A model generated the notes under the pieces. It saw only the letters and a list, made by a program, of their open reading frames with translations, made no database searches and was not told the DNA's origin. Both the position numbers and the translations under genes were made by a program. From positions 28,744-92,743 of IMG/VR virus record IMGVR_UViG_2791355405_000002: DNA of 64,000 bases, one strand, 5' to 3'. This stretch comes from a virus (taxonomy: Duplodnaviria; Caudoviricetes). Below, piece after piece: positions 27,053 through 35,994 of this stretch (the stretch's first letter is position 1; the number at the start of each line of letters is the position of its first letter).

Positions 27053-27757
27053 GTGACAGCACCCCTGCTGGTCATCGTCCCGACGAGGGGCCGCCCGCAG
27101 AACGCGGCCCGGCTGGTGTACGCATTCGCGGAGACCGAGTCGCTCAACGCGGACCTGGTGTTCGTCGCCGACCACGACGACCCGGAACTCCCCGCCTACC
27201 ACGTCGCGGCGCCCCGGCTGCTGATCCACCGGGGCGAGACCGGGACGGGCATGGTCGCCGGCCTCAACTGGGCGGCCAGCCTCTACACCGACATCTACGA
27301 TCACATCGGGTTCATGGGCGACGACCATCTGCCGCGCACGCCCGGCTGGGACGCCCACGTGCTCGGCGCGCTGAATTCGCCGTGGCCGCAGGTGGTCTAC
27401 GGCAACGATCTGTTCCAGGGTGAGCGGCTGCCGACGGCCGCCTTCCTCCCGTCCCGGATCGTGCGGGCGCTGGGTTACATGGCGCCGCCGGTGCTGCGGC
27501 ACCTGTACGTGGACGACTTCTGGCTGGAGCTGGGCCGCCGGCTCGGCGGGCTCAAGTACCTGCCGGACGTCGTCATCGAGCATCTGCACCCGGCGGCCGG
27601 GAAAACGGTGATGGACGAACGGTACGCGGCCGTCAACGCTCCCGAGGCGGACGTGGCCGACCGGCTCGCCTGGCTGGAGTTCCGGGACGGCGAGGGGTTC
27701 GCGGCAGCCCTCCGTCGCGTGCGCGAGGAGTACAGCGTGAAGGGGCTGAGCCCGTGA
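27053..27757 (+). CDS. GT-A fold glycosyltransferase
   Basis: VIVPTRGRP, FMGDDH, HLYVDD, EHLH. Confidence 0.8.
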   Translation: MTAPLLVIVPTRGRPQNAARLVYAFAETESLNADLVFVADHDDPELPAYHVAAPRLLIHRGETGTGMVAGLNWAASLYTDIYDHIGFMGDDHLPRTPGWDAHVLGALNSPWPQVVYGNDLFQGERLPTAAFLPSRIVRALGYMAPPVLRHLYVDDFWLELGRRLGGLKYLPDVVIEHLHPAAGKTVMDERYAAVNAPEADVADRLAWLEFRDGEGFAAALRRVREEYSVKGLSP

Positions 27758-28653
27758 GGGCGTTGGTCACCGGGGACCGGGGCTTCCTCGGACGGCACTT
27801 CAAAGCGGAGCTGCTCCGGCGCGGGTACGACGTCACCGGCCTGGACGTGAAGGCCTCCCCAGCGCAGGACTGCCGGAACTACTTCCGCGAGTGCCTGAGC
27901 AAGGGTGCGGTGCCCGGCATGTGGGACCTCGTCGTGCACTGCGCGGCCGTGGTCGGCGGCCGGGCGACGATCGACGGTGACCCGCTCGCCACGGCGGAGT
28001 CGCTGAGCATCGACGCTGAGATGTTCCGCTGGGCGGCCGTCGCGCGGCCGGGCCGGGTGCTCTACTTCAGCTCCAGCGCGGCGTACCCGGTGACACACCA
28101 GACCGGTGACTTGCCCGCCCGGCTGTACGAGGAGTTGACGGACCCGGTCGCGTATTCGGTCGACCGGCCGGACCAGGTGTACGGCTGGAGCAAGGTCACG
28201 GGCGAACTCCTCGCGGCCCGGCTGCGCGAGACTGGCGTCCCCGTGACCGTGGTCCGGCCGTTCAGCGGGTACGGCGAGGACCAGGACGAGACGTACCCGT
28301 TCCGGGCGATCCTCGGTCGCGTCCAGCGCCGGGAAGACCCGCTGGAAGTCTGGGGGTCCGGTGAGCAGGTGCGCGACTGGATCCACGTGGACGACGTCGT
28401 CGCCGGGGCCCTGGCCGTCGCGGAGTCGGGCACCGAGGACCCGGTGAACCTCTGCACCGGTCGGCCGACGTCGTTCCTAGAGCTGGCCCGGATGATGGCG
28501 GCGGTCGCGGAGTACGAGCCGGAGATCAAGCCGTTGCCGGGCAAGCCGGCCGGCGTGGCGTACCGGGTCGGCGACCCGGCGCGGATGCGCCGCTTCTACG
28601 AGCCCCGGGTGGACTTGATGGACGGGGTCCTGCGGGCGTTGAACGTGATCTGA
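27754..28653 (+). CDS. NAD-dependent nucleotide-sugar epimerase/dehydratase
   Basis: VTGDRGFLG, SSSAAY, YGWSK, RDWIHVDD. Confidence 0.92.
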   Translation: MRALVTGDRGFLGRHFKAELLRRGYDVTGLDVKASPAQDCRNYFRECLSKGAVPGMWDLVVHCAAVVGGRATIDGDPLATAESLSIDAEMFRWAAVARPGRVLYFSSSAAYPVTHQTGDLPARLYEELTDPVAYSVDRPDQVYGWSKVTGELLAARLRETGVPVTVVRPFSGYGEDQDETYPFRAILGRVQRREDPLEVWGSGEQVRDWIHVDDVVAGALAVAESGTEDPVNLCTGRPTSFLELARMMAAVAEYEPEIKPLPGKPAGVAYRVGDPARMRRFYEPRVDLMDGVLRALNVI

Positions 28654-28658
28654 GATCA

Positions 28659-28731
28659 GGGGTTGTCCCGTCACCAGACCTATGATTTAATTAAGTCATC
28701 GAGAGGGACCGACCAAGGAAAGCAGGCCACC
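28659..28731 (+). promoter_or_regulatory. Promoter/operator plus leader cassette
   Basis: GGGGTTGT..TATGATTTAATTAAGTCA..ACCGACCAAGGAA. Confidence 0.8.
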
Positions 28732-29265
28732 ATGACCGACGTCATCATCAGCCGCCAGGGTTTCGGCGAGAACGATGAGCTGCCCGCCACGGTCACCGAG
28801 GCTGCGCCCGGTCAGGTTGTCGTCGTCCCGGACGGCCGGATGAAGCACGTTGTCTTCGTGGACGGCGAGCAGGCTGGCGTGGTGTTCGACGAGTCGGCCG
28901 CCAGGCTGGAGCGCGGCGCCTTCGCCGTGTGGGCCCCGAAGCAGAGCAAGCGCCGGGACGGCACAGCCGGCTTCTACCCCACTTTGGAGGACGCGGCCCT
29001 GGCCGCCGTTGGCCGCACCGCGAAGCCGGCCGAGACGGACAGCAAGGGCCGCCGGATCGTCACCGTCAAGGGCAAGCGGTACATCGTCAGCGCCGTCACC
29101 CCGGCCCGGCCCAAGACCGAAGGCGCCGTTAGCTGGATCCCCGAGGCGTACGCCTGCTACTGGTCCGAGCGGAACGGCGAGACCTTCGGCCCCATGCAGC
29201 GCGCCCTCGCGAGCCGGAGGCCGGGCACCGTCGGCCGCGCCATCTGGGACGCGATCAGCCAGTGA
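28732..29265 (+). CDS. Hypothetical protein
   Basis: First gene after the cassette. Confidence 0.7.
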   Translation: MTDVIISRQGFGENDELPATVTEAAPGQVVVVPDGRMKHVVFVDGEQAGVVFDESAARLERGAFAVWAPKQSKRRDGTAGFYPTLEDAALAAVGRTAKPAETDSKGRRIVTVKGKRYIVSAVTPARPKTEGAVSWIPEAYACYWSERNGETFGPMQRALASRRPGTVGRAIWDAISQ

Positions 29266-29320
29266 CCCGCCGGCCCGGGAGCCGTGCGGCTCCCGGGCCC
29301 GACCAAGGAACGAGGAACCC

Positions 29321-29647
29321 ATGACGGACACAAACCCCCGGCCGATGCTGGCGAACGCGCACGAGGCCGCCGAGGAGTACCTGATGCGCAAGGTGGCAGC
29401 CGGCGACATGGAGCCCGACGTCGCCAAGGCCCTGGCCACTACGGGCTTCACCGCCGCGACCCGGATCCTCTCCGAGCTGCGCAAGCAGGGTGTGGGCGAG
29501 CAGAGCATCACGGAGTCCTTCCAGCGGCAGCTCGACCGGGCCCGCGCCGACGGTGACGTCCAGCGCGTCATCGCGGCGGAGTTCACCCTGGCCGTCTGGG
29601 ACGGGATGCAGCGCGACCTCGCCGAGTACCTGAGCAACGCGGGCTGA
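29321..29647 (+). CDS. Hypothetical protein
   Basis: Leader motif upstream. Confidence 0.7.
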   Translation: MTDTNPRPMLANAHEAAEEYLMRKVAAGDMEPDVAKALATTGFTAATRILSELRKQGVGEQSITESFQRQLDRARADGDVQRVIAAEFTLAVWDGMQRDLAEYLSNAG

Positions 29648-29685
29648 CGGCCCGGCCACCCTTGCGACCACGGAACGAGGAACCG

Positions 29686-30264
29686 ATGAACGAACCGAGG
29701 GCAAGCGTCCGGGAGATCAGCCACCGGGTGTACGTCAACCTGCCGGACCGGCCCATCGTCAAGACGCTCAGCGGGAGCCGCCGGAAGGTGTACGGCCTGC
29801 GCCTCGAATACGGAATCCGCCGGGACATCTCCCGCGTGGACATCACCCTGGAGTTCCACAACGCGGCGGAGCACTTCCCGCCCGTCATGGAGATGCCCGA
29901 GTGGATGCGCCGGATCGTGGAGGCCAATCGGCCGGCCGACGTCGACAACCCCGACCCGAACCGCCGCACCGGCATGGGTGGCTGGCCGCTCCCGGCGCCG
30001 ACCCTGCCCGCACACCCGGATGCATACGCCAAGCACGACCCAGACGCGATGCACGCGGCCGTCATCCGGGGCCTGCGGGCCATCGGCCTGAACCCGGAGG
30101 AGGCGAGCGCATGGGCCACGGCTCATCAGCAGGACGTGCTGGACCGCGCTGGGGACGCCATCGACGATGAGGCGTGGCCGCACGAGAAGCCCGAGCACGA
30201 GAACGAGGAGCTGTACCGTCTGGCCGACAAGGTCCGGAAGCTGCTGGCCACTGAGACGCCGTGA
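29686..30264 (+). CDS. Hypothetical protein
   Basis: Leader motif upstream. Confidence 0.7.
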   Translation: MNEPRASVREISHRVYVNLPDRPIVKTLSGSRRKVYGLRLEYGIRRDISRVDITLEFHNAAEHFPPVMEMPEWMRRIVEANRPADVDNPDPNRRTGMGGWPLPAPTLPAHPDAYAKHDPDAMHAAVIRGLRAIGLNPEEASAWATAHQQDVLDRAGDAIDDEAWPHEKPEHENEELYRLADKVRKLLATETP

Positions 30265-30308
30265 GGCGCTGCCGCCCCGATCCTCTGCGATCAAGGAATG
30301 AGGAACGC

Positions 30309-30632
30309 ATGACGTACACCCTGACCCGAACCCTGCCCGACGGCACGGTGAAGACCAGCCCGACCGCGATGGGCACCCTGCCCGACGGCACGGTGAAGAC
30401 CAGCCCGACCGCGATGGGCACCCTGCCCGACGGCACGGTGAAGACCAGCCCGACCGCGATGGGCACCCTGCGCGCGGTGGAGATTGCCATCGCGTACTGC
30501 CTGATGGACAACTCCAACGTGCCGCGCGGGGAGGCCCGCCGGTTCGCCGCCGACGTGGTCAGCCGGCCGATCGGCGCGGAGGTCGAGCACGAGTCGTCTG
30601 GCTACGCCTTCCGCGTGGAGCGTGCCCGGTGA
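30309..30632 (+). CDS. Hypothetical protein with a triple 15-aa repeat
   Basis: TLPDGTVKTSPTAMG three times. Confidence 0.7.
   Translation: MTYTLTRTLPDGTVKTSPTAMGTLPDGTVKTSPTAMGTLPDGTVKTSPTAMGTLRAVEIAIAYCLMDNSNVPRGEARRFAADVVSRPIGAEVEHESSGYAFRVERAR
30330..30471 (+). repeat. Perfect 45-bp tandem repeat, three copies
   Basis: ACCCTGCCCGACGGCACGGTGAAGACCAGCCCGACCGCGATGGGC. Confidence 0.95.
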
Positions 30633-30790
30633 GCCGCGCCCTGTTCCGGGCCCTGGCCCTGCCGATGATCGTCGCGGAGTGCGTCGCCCAGTTCGTCCTG
30701 CACGACCAGCAGTGGACGGTCCTGTTCGCGGTTCTGATCCTCGGCGTCTGCACCGTCGGAATGATCGTAAAGGTGCGCCCGTAGCGGACC

Positions 30791-30813
30791 GCGTGTCGAA
30801 AATTTTAGACATG
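30791..30813. promoter_or_regulatory. parS-like palindrome, copy 1
   Basis: GCGTGTCGAAAATTTTAGACATG, identical to 44623-44645. Confidence 0.6.
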
Positions 30814-30853
30814 GAACCCCGACGCCCTCTGGCCTCGGGGTTTTGTCGTGCCC

Positions 30854-30893
30854 GGGGTTGTCCCGTCGTCCGACCTATGATTTAATTAAGTCA
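30854..30893 (+). promoter_or_regulatory. Conserved promoter/operator cassette
   Basis: GGGGTTGT..TATGATTTAATTAAGTCA. Confidence 0.8.
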
Positions 30894-30934
30894 TCGGGTC
30901 GCCAGCCAGGCGGCTCTAGGGTCAAGGAGACGTA

Positions 30935-31018
30935 ATGATCGACTACGCCGCGCTGGTCGCCGACCTCTACGACGAGGACGTCGTGGACTACGACGAGATC
31001 CTTGAGCTGGACGCCTAG
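30935..31018 (+). CDS. 27-aa acidic micropeptide
   Basis: AAGGAG RBS; MIDYAALVADLYDEDVVDYDEILELDA. Confidence 0.6.
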   Translation: MIDYAALVADLYDEDVVDYDEILELDA

Positions 31019-31074
31019 GCCAGCGACTGACGCCTGCCCCACCCTGACCACGGAACTAAGGAAACGAGGACGAC

Positions 31075-31323
31075 ATGGCCCGCAGGAACCGTACCGGGAC
31101 CCGGTTGACGGCGCGTGAGGTCCGGAGCATGTACCCGACGCTGGACCCCGGATTCTTCGGGATCGTGTCCGACGAGGACGTCTACGACCACAACGAGATC
31201 GTGGCCCCGGAGTACACCAGTCGCTCGTGCGGTTGCGTCACCGCCGCGTGCCCGACGTGCAAGCCCTTCTGGTTCGACGCGGACGGCAACTTCACCGGAC
31301 AGCGGATGTCGCGCTTCTTGTGA
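31075..31323 (+). CDS. Hypothetical protein
   Basis: Leader motif; Cys cluster. Confidence 0.65.
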   Translation: MARRNRTGTRLTAREVRSMYPTLDPGFFGIVSDEDVYDHNEIVAPEYTSRSCGCVTAACPTCKPFWFDADGNFTGQRMSRFL

Positions 31324-31403
31324 CCACCCCGGGCCCCGGCGCCAGTTGGCGATACCGGGGCCCTGCTCCACCCTGACCAAGGAACTGAGGAATCGAGGGC
31401 GTC

Positions 31404-31703
31404 ATGGACCGGATCATCATCGACCAGGCAAAGATCAAGGTGGACGAGAACCTGGTCCGCCGGGGCGCGCCGCCTTTCCCGCGTCCGCTGACCTGGTGGC
31501 AGCGCACAGTGCCGATCTGGGTTGATGTCTCTGAAGCCGAAGACGGCCGCATCGTCCTGACTCCCAACGGCAAGAGGGCTGACGGGTACCAGTACGAACT
31601 CACCCCGGCCGTTGTCCACCAGGAGATCAAGGCCATCGTGAAGTACCTCGGCGACCGCCGGTACCTGGACTTCTCCGACGCCTGCTCAATGACCAGGGGC
31701 TGA
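31404..31703 (+). CDS. Hypothetical protein
   Basis: Leader motif upstream. Confidence 0.65.
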   Translation: MDRIIIDQAKIKVDENLVRRGAPPFPRPLTWWQRTVPIWVDVSEAEDGRIVLTPNGKRADGYQYELTPAVVHQEIKAIVKYLGDRRYLDFSDACSMTRG

Positions 31704-31709
31704 GAGACC

Positions 31710-32315
31710 ATGGACCGGATCTGGCGGGACGCGCGCAGCATCGGGGACCTCGGCGGCGCGATGGCCGGGTGGCTGGAGGGCCGCATCGCCTCGCAGCCGG
31801 GTTGCCCGGCCGGGCCGGACGACGAGACGCTGCCGCTCGTGCCGGTGCTCGCGCGGCTGAACCGGCGGGGCTGGGTCACCACGTGCTCGCAGCCCGGCGA
31901 GACCGGCACGGCGTACGACGGCCGTCGGTGGGAGCAGCGCGCGGCCGTGGAGGGATGGATCTCCTGCCGGAATCCCCTGCTCGGCACGCTCATCCGCCAG
32001 GCGCGAGCGACCGGGCTCATCGTCTCCGCGTACGGCCCGGGACGCGCTGTGGGCCCGTCTCGCGGCCTCGTGGTGACCCGATGGGGCGACGAGCCGCACA
32101 CCGGCTTCGGAGGGCGCCCCAGGCGCTTCCAGCGCCGCGCGGAGCTGCCGGGCATCGGTCGCCAGGCCCGGCAGGAACTCGCCCGCCACGGCGTCGCCCT
32201 CGCCGTCATCGACCCCGTCTGGGGCCGGGACTCCGTGCTCTGGGACGCCCTGGACCAGGCCATCGGGCACCGCGCGGACGACACCGCACCGACCAAGGAA
32301 ATGAGGACCCTGTGA
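31710..32315 (+). CDS. Conserved actinobacterial hypothetical protein (DUF6919-like)
   Basis: WLEG.I.S.PG..D.ET..LNR.G..T..SQPG pattern, recalled rather than searched. Confidence 0.6.
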   Translation: MDRIWRDARSIGDLGGAMAGWLEGRIASQPGCPAGPDDETLPLVPVLARLNRRGWVTTCSQPGETGTAYDGRRWEQRAAVEGWISCRNPLLGTLIRQARATGLIVSAYGPGRAVGPSRGLVVTRWGDEPHTGFGGRPRRFQRRAELPGIGRQARQELARHGVALAVIDPVWGRDSVLWDALDQAIGHRADDTAPTKEMRTL

Positions 32316-32713
32316 CCACTGCCGCACAGCACCCCGCCAACCTCCGTCGCCGGGTGCACGACAGGATCTCCGCTGCCCGGTACGCCGGCGACCGCGACGC
32401 CTGCGAGGCCGCTCAGGCCGACCTGGTGAGGGTGAATCTGTACGAGGCTGACTACCTCGGCATCCCGCCGCAGTACGTCGACCAGGAGACGGGCCGGTGG
32501 GGGATCCCGGAGAACGTCTGCCGCGCCTGCTGGCAGGAGATCGGGGGGCCCGTGTTCGCCGTCGGGGTGGACGGCTCGTGCATGCATTACCACCCCGACT
32601 GCCGCCCCCAGTACGCCGATCTGCCGCCGCGTCCGCTGGACCTGCTGTACCCGGCCGGCTGGCAGCACCCTCGGCGGTCGTGCCGGTCGCAACTCCCCTA
32701 CTACCTCGGCTGA
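32312..32713 (+). CDS. Hypothetical protein
   Basis: Leader motif and GTG start; followed by a terminator. Confidence 0.6.
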   Translation: MTTAAQHPANLRRRVHDRISAARYAGDRDACEAAQADLVRVNLYEADYLGIPPQYVDQETGRWGIPENVCRACWQEIGGPVFAVGVDGSCMHYHPDCRPQYADLPPRPLDLLYPAGWQHPRRSCRSQLPYYLG

Positions 32714-32762
32714 CCCACCGCAGAGCCCCGAACCCTCACCGGTTCGGGGCTCTTTCGCGTTT

Positions 32763-32803
32763 GGGGGTTGTGTCCTCAGCCCAACTATGGTTTAATTAAA
32801 TCA
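32763..32803 (+). promoter_or_regulatory. Conserved promoter/operator cassette
   Basis: GGGGGTTGT..TATGGTTTAATTAAATCA. Confidence 0.8.
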
Positions 32804-32831
32804 TCGACAGGGCGGGATAAGGGAGACGGCG

Positions 32832-33104
32832 ATGATGACGACTCAGAAGACCAAGGCCAGCACTTGGGTTCGCGTCTTCGCCGGCTTCTACGAGCGCATC
32901 GGCAGCGACGGCGTCACCGTCCTGGCGGAGATCAGTCGGGACGAGGACGGCACCTGGAGCTACATGGTGAAGCCCTTCGGCAAGGCAGGGCTGGCCTGGC
33001 AGGTGACCGGCAAGGCGACCCTGGCCGATGCCAAGCGCGGCGCTGAGGCCGCGTACCGCCGGTACATGCAACAGCACTGCGCCATGAACGCCCGCAGCAA
33101 CTGA
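32832..33104 (+). CDS. Hypothetical protein
   Basis: RBS, follows the promoter. Confidence 0.65.
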   Translation: MMTTQKTKASTWVRVFAGFYERIGSDGVTVLAEISRDEDGTWSYMVKPFGKAGLAWQVTGKATLADAKRGAEAAYRRYMQQHCAMNARSN

Positions 33105-33123
33105 CCAAAGAAGGGGGCCCGAC

Positions 33124-33408
33124 ATGGCCGTCAACTACTCCACCGTGCGGAACTACCTCGGCAAGGAGTTCAAGCTGAGCCGGACGTCCACCGGCCGCCG
33201 GTCCGGGCAGCGCTGGTCCGAGGGCGTCCAGGTCCGCACCTCGCACACCCTCGGCGTGGTCGTGGACTACGTCGAATCACACGCCGCGTGGGGCTCCGAC
33301 GGATCCCTGCGGAGGGCCGAGCTGCGCGCGGTTCGGGAGTACCTGGAGCAGCGCTTCACCGTGGAGGACCACCCGGCCCGCGATGGCCGCATGGTCGTCT
33401 CCGACTGA
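33124..33408 (+). CDS. Hypothetical protein
   Basis: Leader variant upstream. Confidence 0.65.
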   Translation: MAVNYSTVRNYLGKEFKLSRTSTGRRSGQRWSEGVQVRTSHTLGVVVDYVESHAAWGSDGSLRRAELRAVREYLEQRFTVEDHPARDGRMVVSD

Positions 33409-33532
33409 CGAGGACTGAGGAGCGCATCGGGTTCTGCCGTGTTCGTTGGGTCGTCGAGGCGACTCACTAGACCGGGCGGCCTGAACACCACTGAGCCCCG
33501 GAGCCACCGCGCTCTGGGGCTTCTTCGTTTCC

Positions 33533-33617
33533 GGGGTTGTGTCCGTCGGGCAGTCATGGTTTAATTAATTCATCGGGGCCGGTAGGGCCCGACAGACCAA
33601 GGAAAGAGGAACCGACC
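33533..33617 (+). promoter_or_regulatory. Promoter/operator plus leader cassette
   Basis: GGGGTTGT..CATGGTTTAATTAATTCA..GACCAAGGAAAGAGGAACCGACC. Confidence 0.8.
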
Positions 33618-34043
33618 ATGATCAAGGCCTCCCGCCTCCGCCGCCGGATCGTCCGTGAGCGCGCCGCCGCCCGCCGCTTCGTCCGCTCCCTGTACCGGGG
33701 CCGCTCCCTCGCGACGCACCTGGCCTTCGCCGGTGTGGAGGACGCCGAGGTCATCAAGGGCGCCGCGAGCGGCCTGCGCTCGGCGGCCAAGCGGATCGGA
33801 GTGGGGCCTGCCAAGGTCGCCCGTACGCACCGCACCGCCGACGGCCGCTCGCCCCGGCTGCGCAAGGTGAACCACTACACCCCGGCGCAGATCGCCCGGA
33901 TCGCCGCCGCATACAAGCCCCGCAAGGCGGAATACAAGGCAGCCCTGGTCCTGCTCGTCCTGGCCTACGGCGCCCCGGTGACGGTCCGCCAGACGGCCCG
34001 TCCCGTCCAGGCCCCGGCCACCCGCGAACTGGTCAGCGCCTGA
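33618..34043 (+). CDS. Basic hypothetical protein
   Basis: Arg/Lys/Ala-rich, leader motif upstream. Confidence 0.7.
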   Translation: MIKASRLRRRIVRERAAARRFVRSLYRGRSLATHLAFAGVEDAEVIKGAASGLRSAAKRIGVGPAKVARTHRTADGRSPRLRKVNHYTPAQIARIAAAYKPRKAEYKAALVLLVLAYGAPVTVRQTARPVQAPATRELVSA

Positions 34044-34105
34044 CCGACAGACTTCCGGGGCCGTCGACCGGCGGCCCCGGCCCACCGCAGAGAGGAACCG
34101 ACACG

Positions 34106-34360
34106 ATGGCTACCGGACCCGAGCACTACCGCGAGGCCGAGCGACTCATCGAGCAGTCCAAGACGTGGGCGAACGCGGACACAGGGTGGAAGGCTCATCT
34201 GTCCCCCGAGGTGCGCCGGGCCTACCGCATGGCCGACCTCGCCGAGGCGCAGGTGCACGCGGACCTCGCGAAGGCCGCCGCCACGGCGATGGGCGCTCTG
34301 TCGGGCGGCATGGCCGGCGAGGACTACTCGGCATGGGACAAGGTCGCCGGCGAGCACTGA
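34106..34360 (+). CDS. Hypothetical protein
   Basis: GAGGAACCGAC leader; TGPEHYREAERL N-terminus. Confidence 0.7.
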   Translation: MATGPEHYREAERLIEQSKTWANADTGWKAHLSPEVRRAYRMADLAEAQVHADLAKAAATAMGALSGGMAGEDYSAWDKVAGEH

Positions 34361-34444
34361 GCCCTACGTGGACGTCATCGGCCCCGCGCCGGTGGCGCCC
34401 GCGAGGCGGCTCAGCCTCACCGACCAAGGAATGAGGAACCGATC

Positions 34445-34600
34445 ATGGCAGTTGTGTTCTCGGTCCCGGATGCCGGTCTTCTGCGCAACCTCAAGCGGGC
34501 CGACGAGGTGGCCGCCGAGTACGGCGGGGACGCCACCGTGAAGCAGGACCCCGCCACCGACACCTGGAACGTGCACGTCCCGGACGGGGACGACCGCTGA
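34445..34600 (+). CDS. 51-aa hypothetical protein
   Basis: Full leader motif; followed by a hairpin terminator. Confidence 0.65.
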   Translation: MAVVFSVPDAGLLRNLKRADEVAAEYGGDATVKQDPATDTWNVHVPDGDDR

Positions 34601-34659
34601 CACACTGAGGCCCCGCCACCCGGCGGGGTCTTTCTCTTTGACCACGGAAGGAACTGACC

Positions 34660-34887
34660 GTGACGAGCACCGGAGGCTCGGTCGTACCGACCAACGACCA
34701 CGGCCCGGACGGCCTGACGTCTTGTGGTGGCGGGTGCTGCGACGGATTCGGACCGGCCGGCACACGACCGGGCGACGAGATGCGTTGCCCCTGCGGCCAC
34801 GCAGCCCGCACGGTGAGGATCTGCCGAGAGTGCGGCCACAAGGGGCACCGTGCGGCTGCGTGCCGCGAGACCGTAATCCGAGACTAG
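34660..34887 (+). CDS. Cys-rich small protein
   Basis: Leader variant; several CxxH/CxxC motifs. Confidence 0.5.
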   Translation: MTSTGGSVVPTNDHGPDGLTSCGGGCCDGFGPAGTRPGDEMRCPCGHAARTVRICRECGHKGHRAAACRETVIRD

Positions 34888-34927
34888 TGGGAGGGCTGAC
34901 CCGCCGTCACCGCTGAATCTGTGCCCC

Positions 34928-34972
34928 GGGGGTTGTCCTAGCCCCGTGGCACAGGTATGATTTAGCTAAATC
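34928..34972 (+). promoter_or_regulatory. Promoter/operator variant
   Basis: GGTATGATTTAGCTAAATCGAC, same variant as at about 10375-10396. Confidence 0.7.
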
Positions 34973-35016
34973 GACCTGTTAGGTCGTAGACCAAGGAACC
35001 AGGAAAGTGGTGCCCC

Positions 35017-35481
35017 ATGACCAGCTACTCGGTGGAGAGGCCGGCGCGCTCGCGCGGCTCCCGTCCGTCCAGCGTCAGTCCCGGACTGGTCCACCTGCGC
35101 CCCGGCCAGGCGACCATCGGCCAGCCGGTGACCGTCCGCACGTTCGACGAGGGCGGCGACGAGATCGAATTCCCGGCCGTCTACGTACGCATGGACCGCA
35201 ACGGTCTGCACCTGCGCTGCGCCCGCGAGGACGAGACCCGGACCCACAAGTACCGGCCGTCGCAGGTCTTCCCGCGCCGCGTGGAGTACCGCCGGTGGAC
35301 CGTCACGCTCAAGCACAAGGACGTGGCCCCCGACGGCAGCGGAGACGAACTGCTGCCGGTGTTCGTCAACGCCCGTACGGAACTGGAGGCGCGGTATCAG
35401 GCCCTTCAGCAGGTGCGCGCCGAGAGCGGCCCGCGCGCCAACTGGTCGTTCACGCTTCACTCCGTCAAGCGGGACCGGTGA
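35017..35481 (+). CDS. Hypothetical protein
   Basis: Leader motif upstream. Confidence 0.65.
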   Translation: MTSYSVERPARSRGSRPSSVSPGLVHLRPGQATIGQPVTVRTFDEGGDEIEFPAVYVRMDRNGLHLRCAREDETRTHKYRPSQVFPRRVEYRRWTVTLKHKDVAPDGSGDELLPVFVNARTELEARYQALQQVRAESGPRANWSFTLHSVKRDR

Positions 35482-35484
35482 GTC

Positions 35485-35994
35485 GTGGCCGTCGACACAC
35501 TCTCGCGCCGGGCCCTGCTGGAGGCGAAGCGGGACAACGACTACGCGCCCCGGGTGAAGGTCTGGCCGCCGGACGGCTACGCCCCACCGACGGAGGACGA
35601 GTTCGCGGAGCTGCGGCGGGCCGCCCGCCGGTACTTCGGTCAGCACGCGTATCCGCCGAAGCACTGGGACTTCATGAACGACGGCCAGGTGCTGCGCCAT
35701 GTGCAGCTCGCCGAGCTGGCCGGCTCGATGCACGGTCACGCGGAAGCCGAGCTGTACGCATACACCCGGGCCCTGCGCGATGAGCTGCACCGCCGGGGCG
35801 TGACGTTCCAGTCCCTCGCCGTCCTGCGGTGTGAAGCCTGTTCGCATGCTTCTGAGCGGCTGTTCGAGGTGACGCAGGATACCCACCCTGGGCTGAGGAG
35901 CCAGCGCGGCCCGGTGACGTCCGGCTGGTACTGCGCGCGGTGCTGGAGCGGTGATGACGTCGCCGACGAAGACGAGCTGGAGGACGCGGGATGA
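35485..35994 (+). CDS. Hypothetical protein with C-terminal zinc ribbon
   Basis: CEAC..CARC; coupled to the methyltransferase gene. Confidence 0.65.
   Translation: MAVDTLSRRALLEAKRDNDYAPRVKVWPPDGYAPPTEDEFAELRRAARRYFGQHAYPPKHWDFMNDGQVLRHVQLAELAGSMHGHAEAELYAYTRALRDELHRRGVTFQSLAVLRCEACSHASERLFEVTQDTHPGLRSQRGPVTSGWYCARCWSGDDVADEDELEDAG

Noticed and set aside
30330-30471. Possible CRISPR array
   Set aside because: The repeats are contiguous with no spacers and lie in frame inside a gene; no cas genes are visible.
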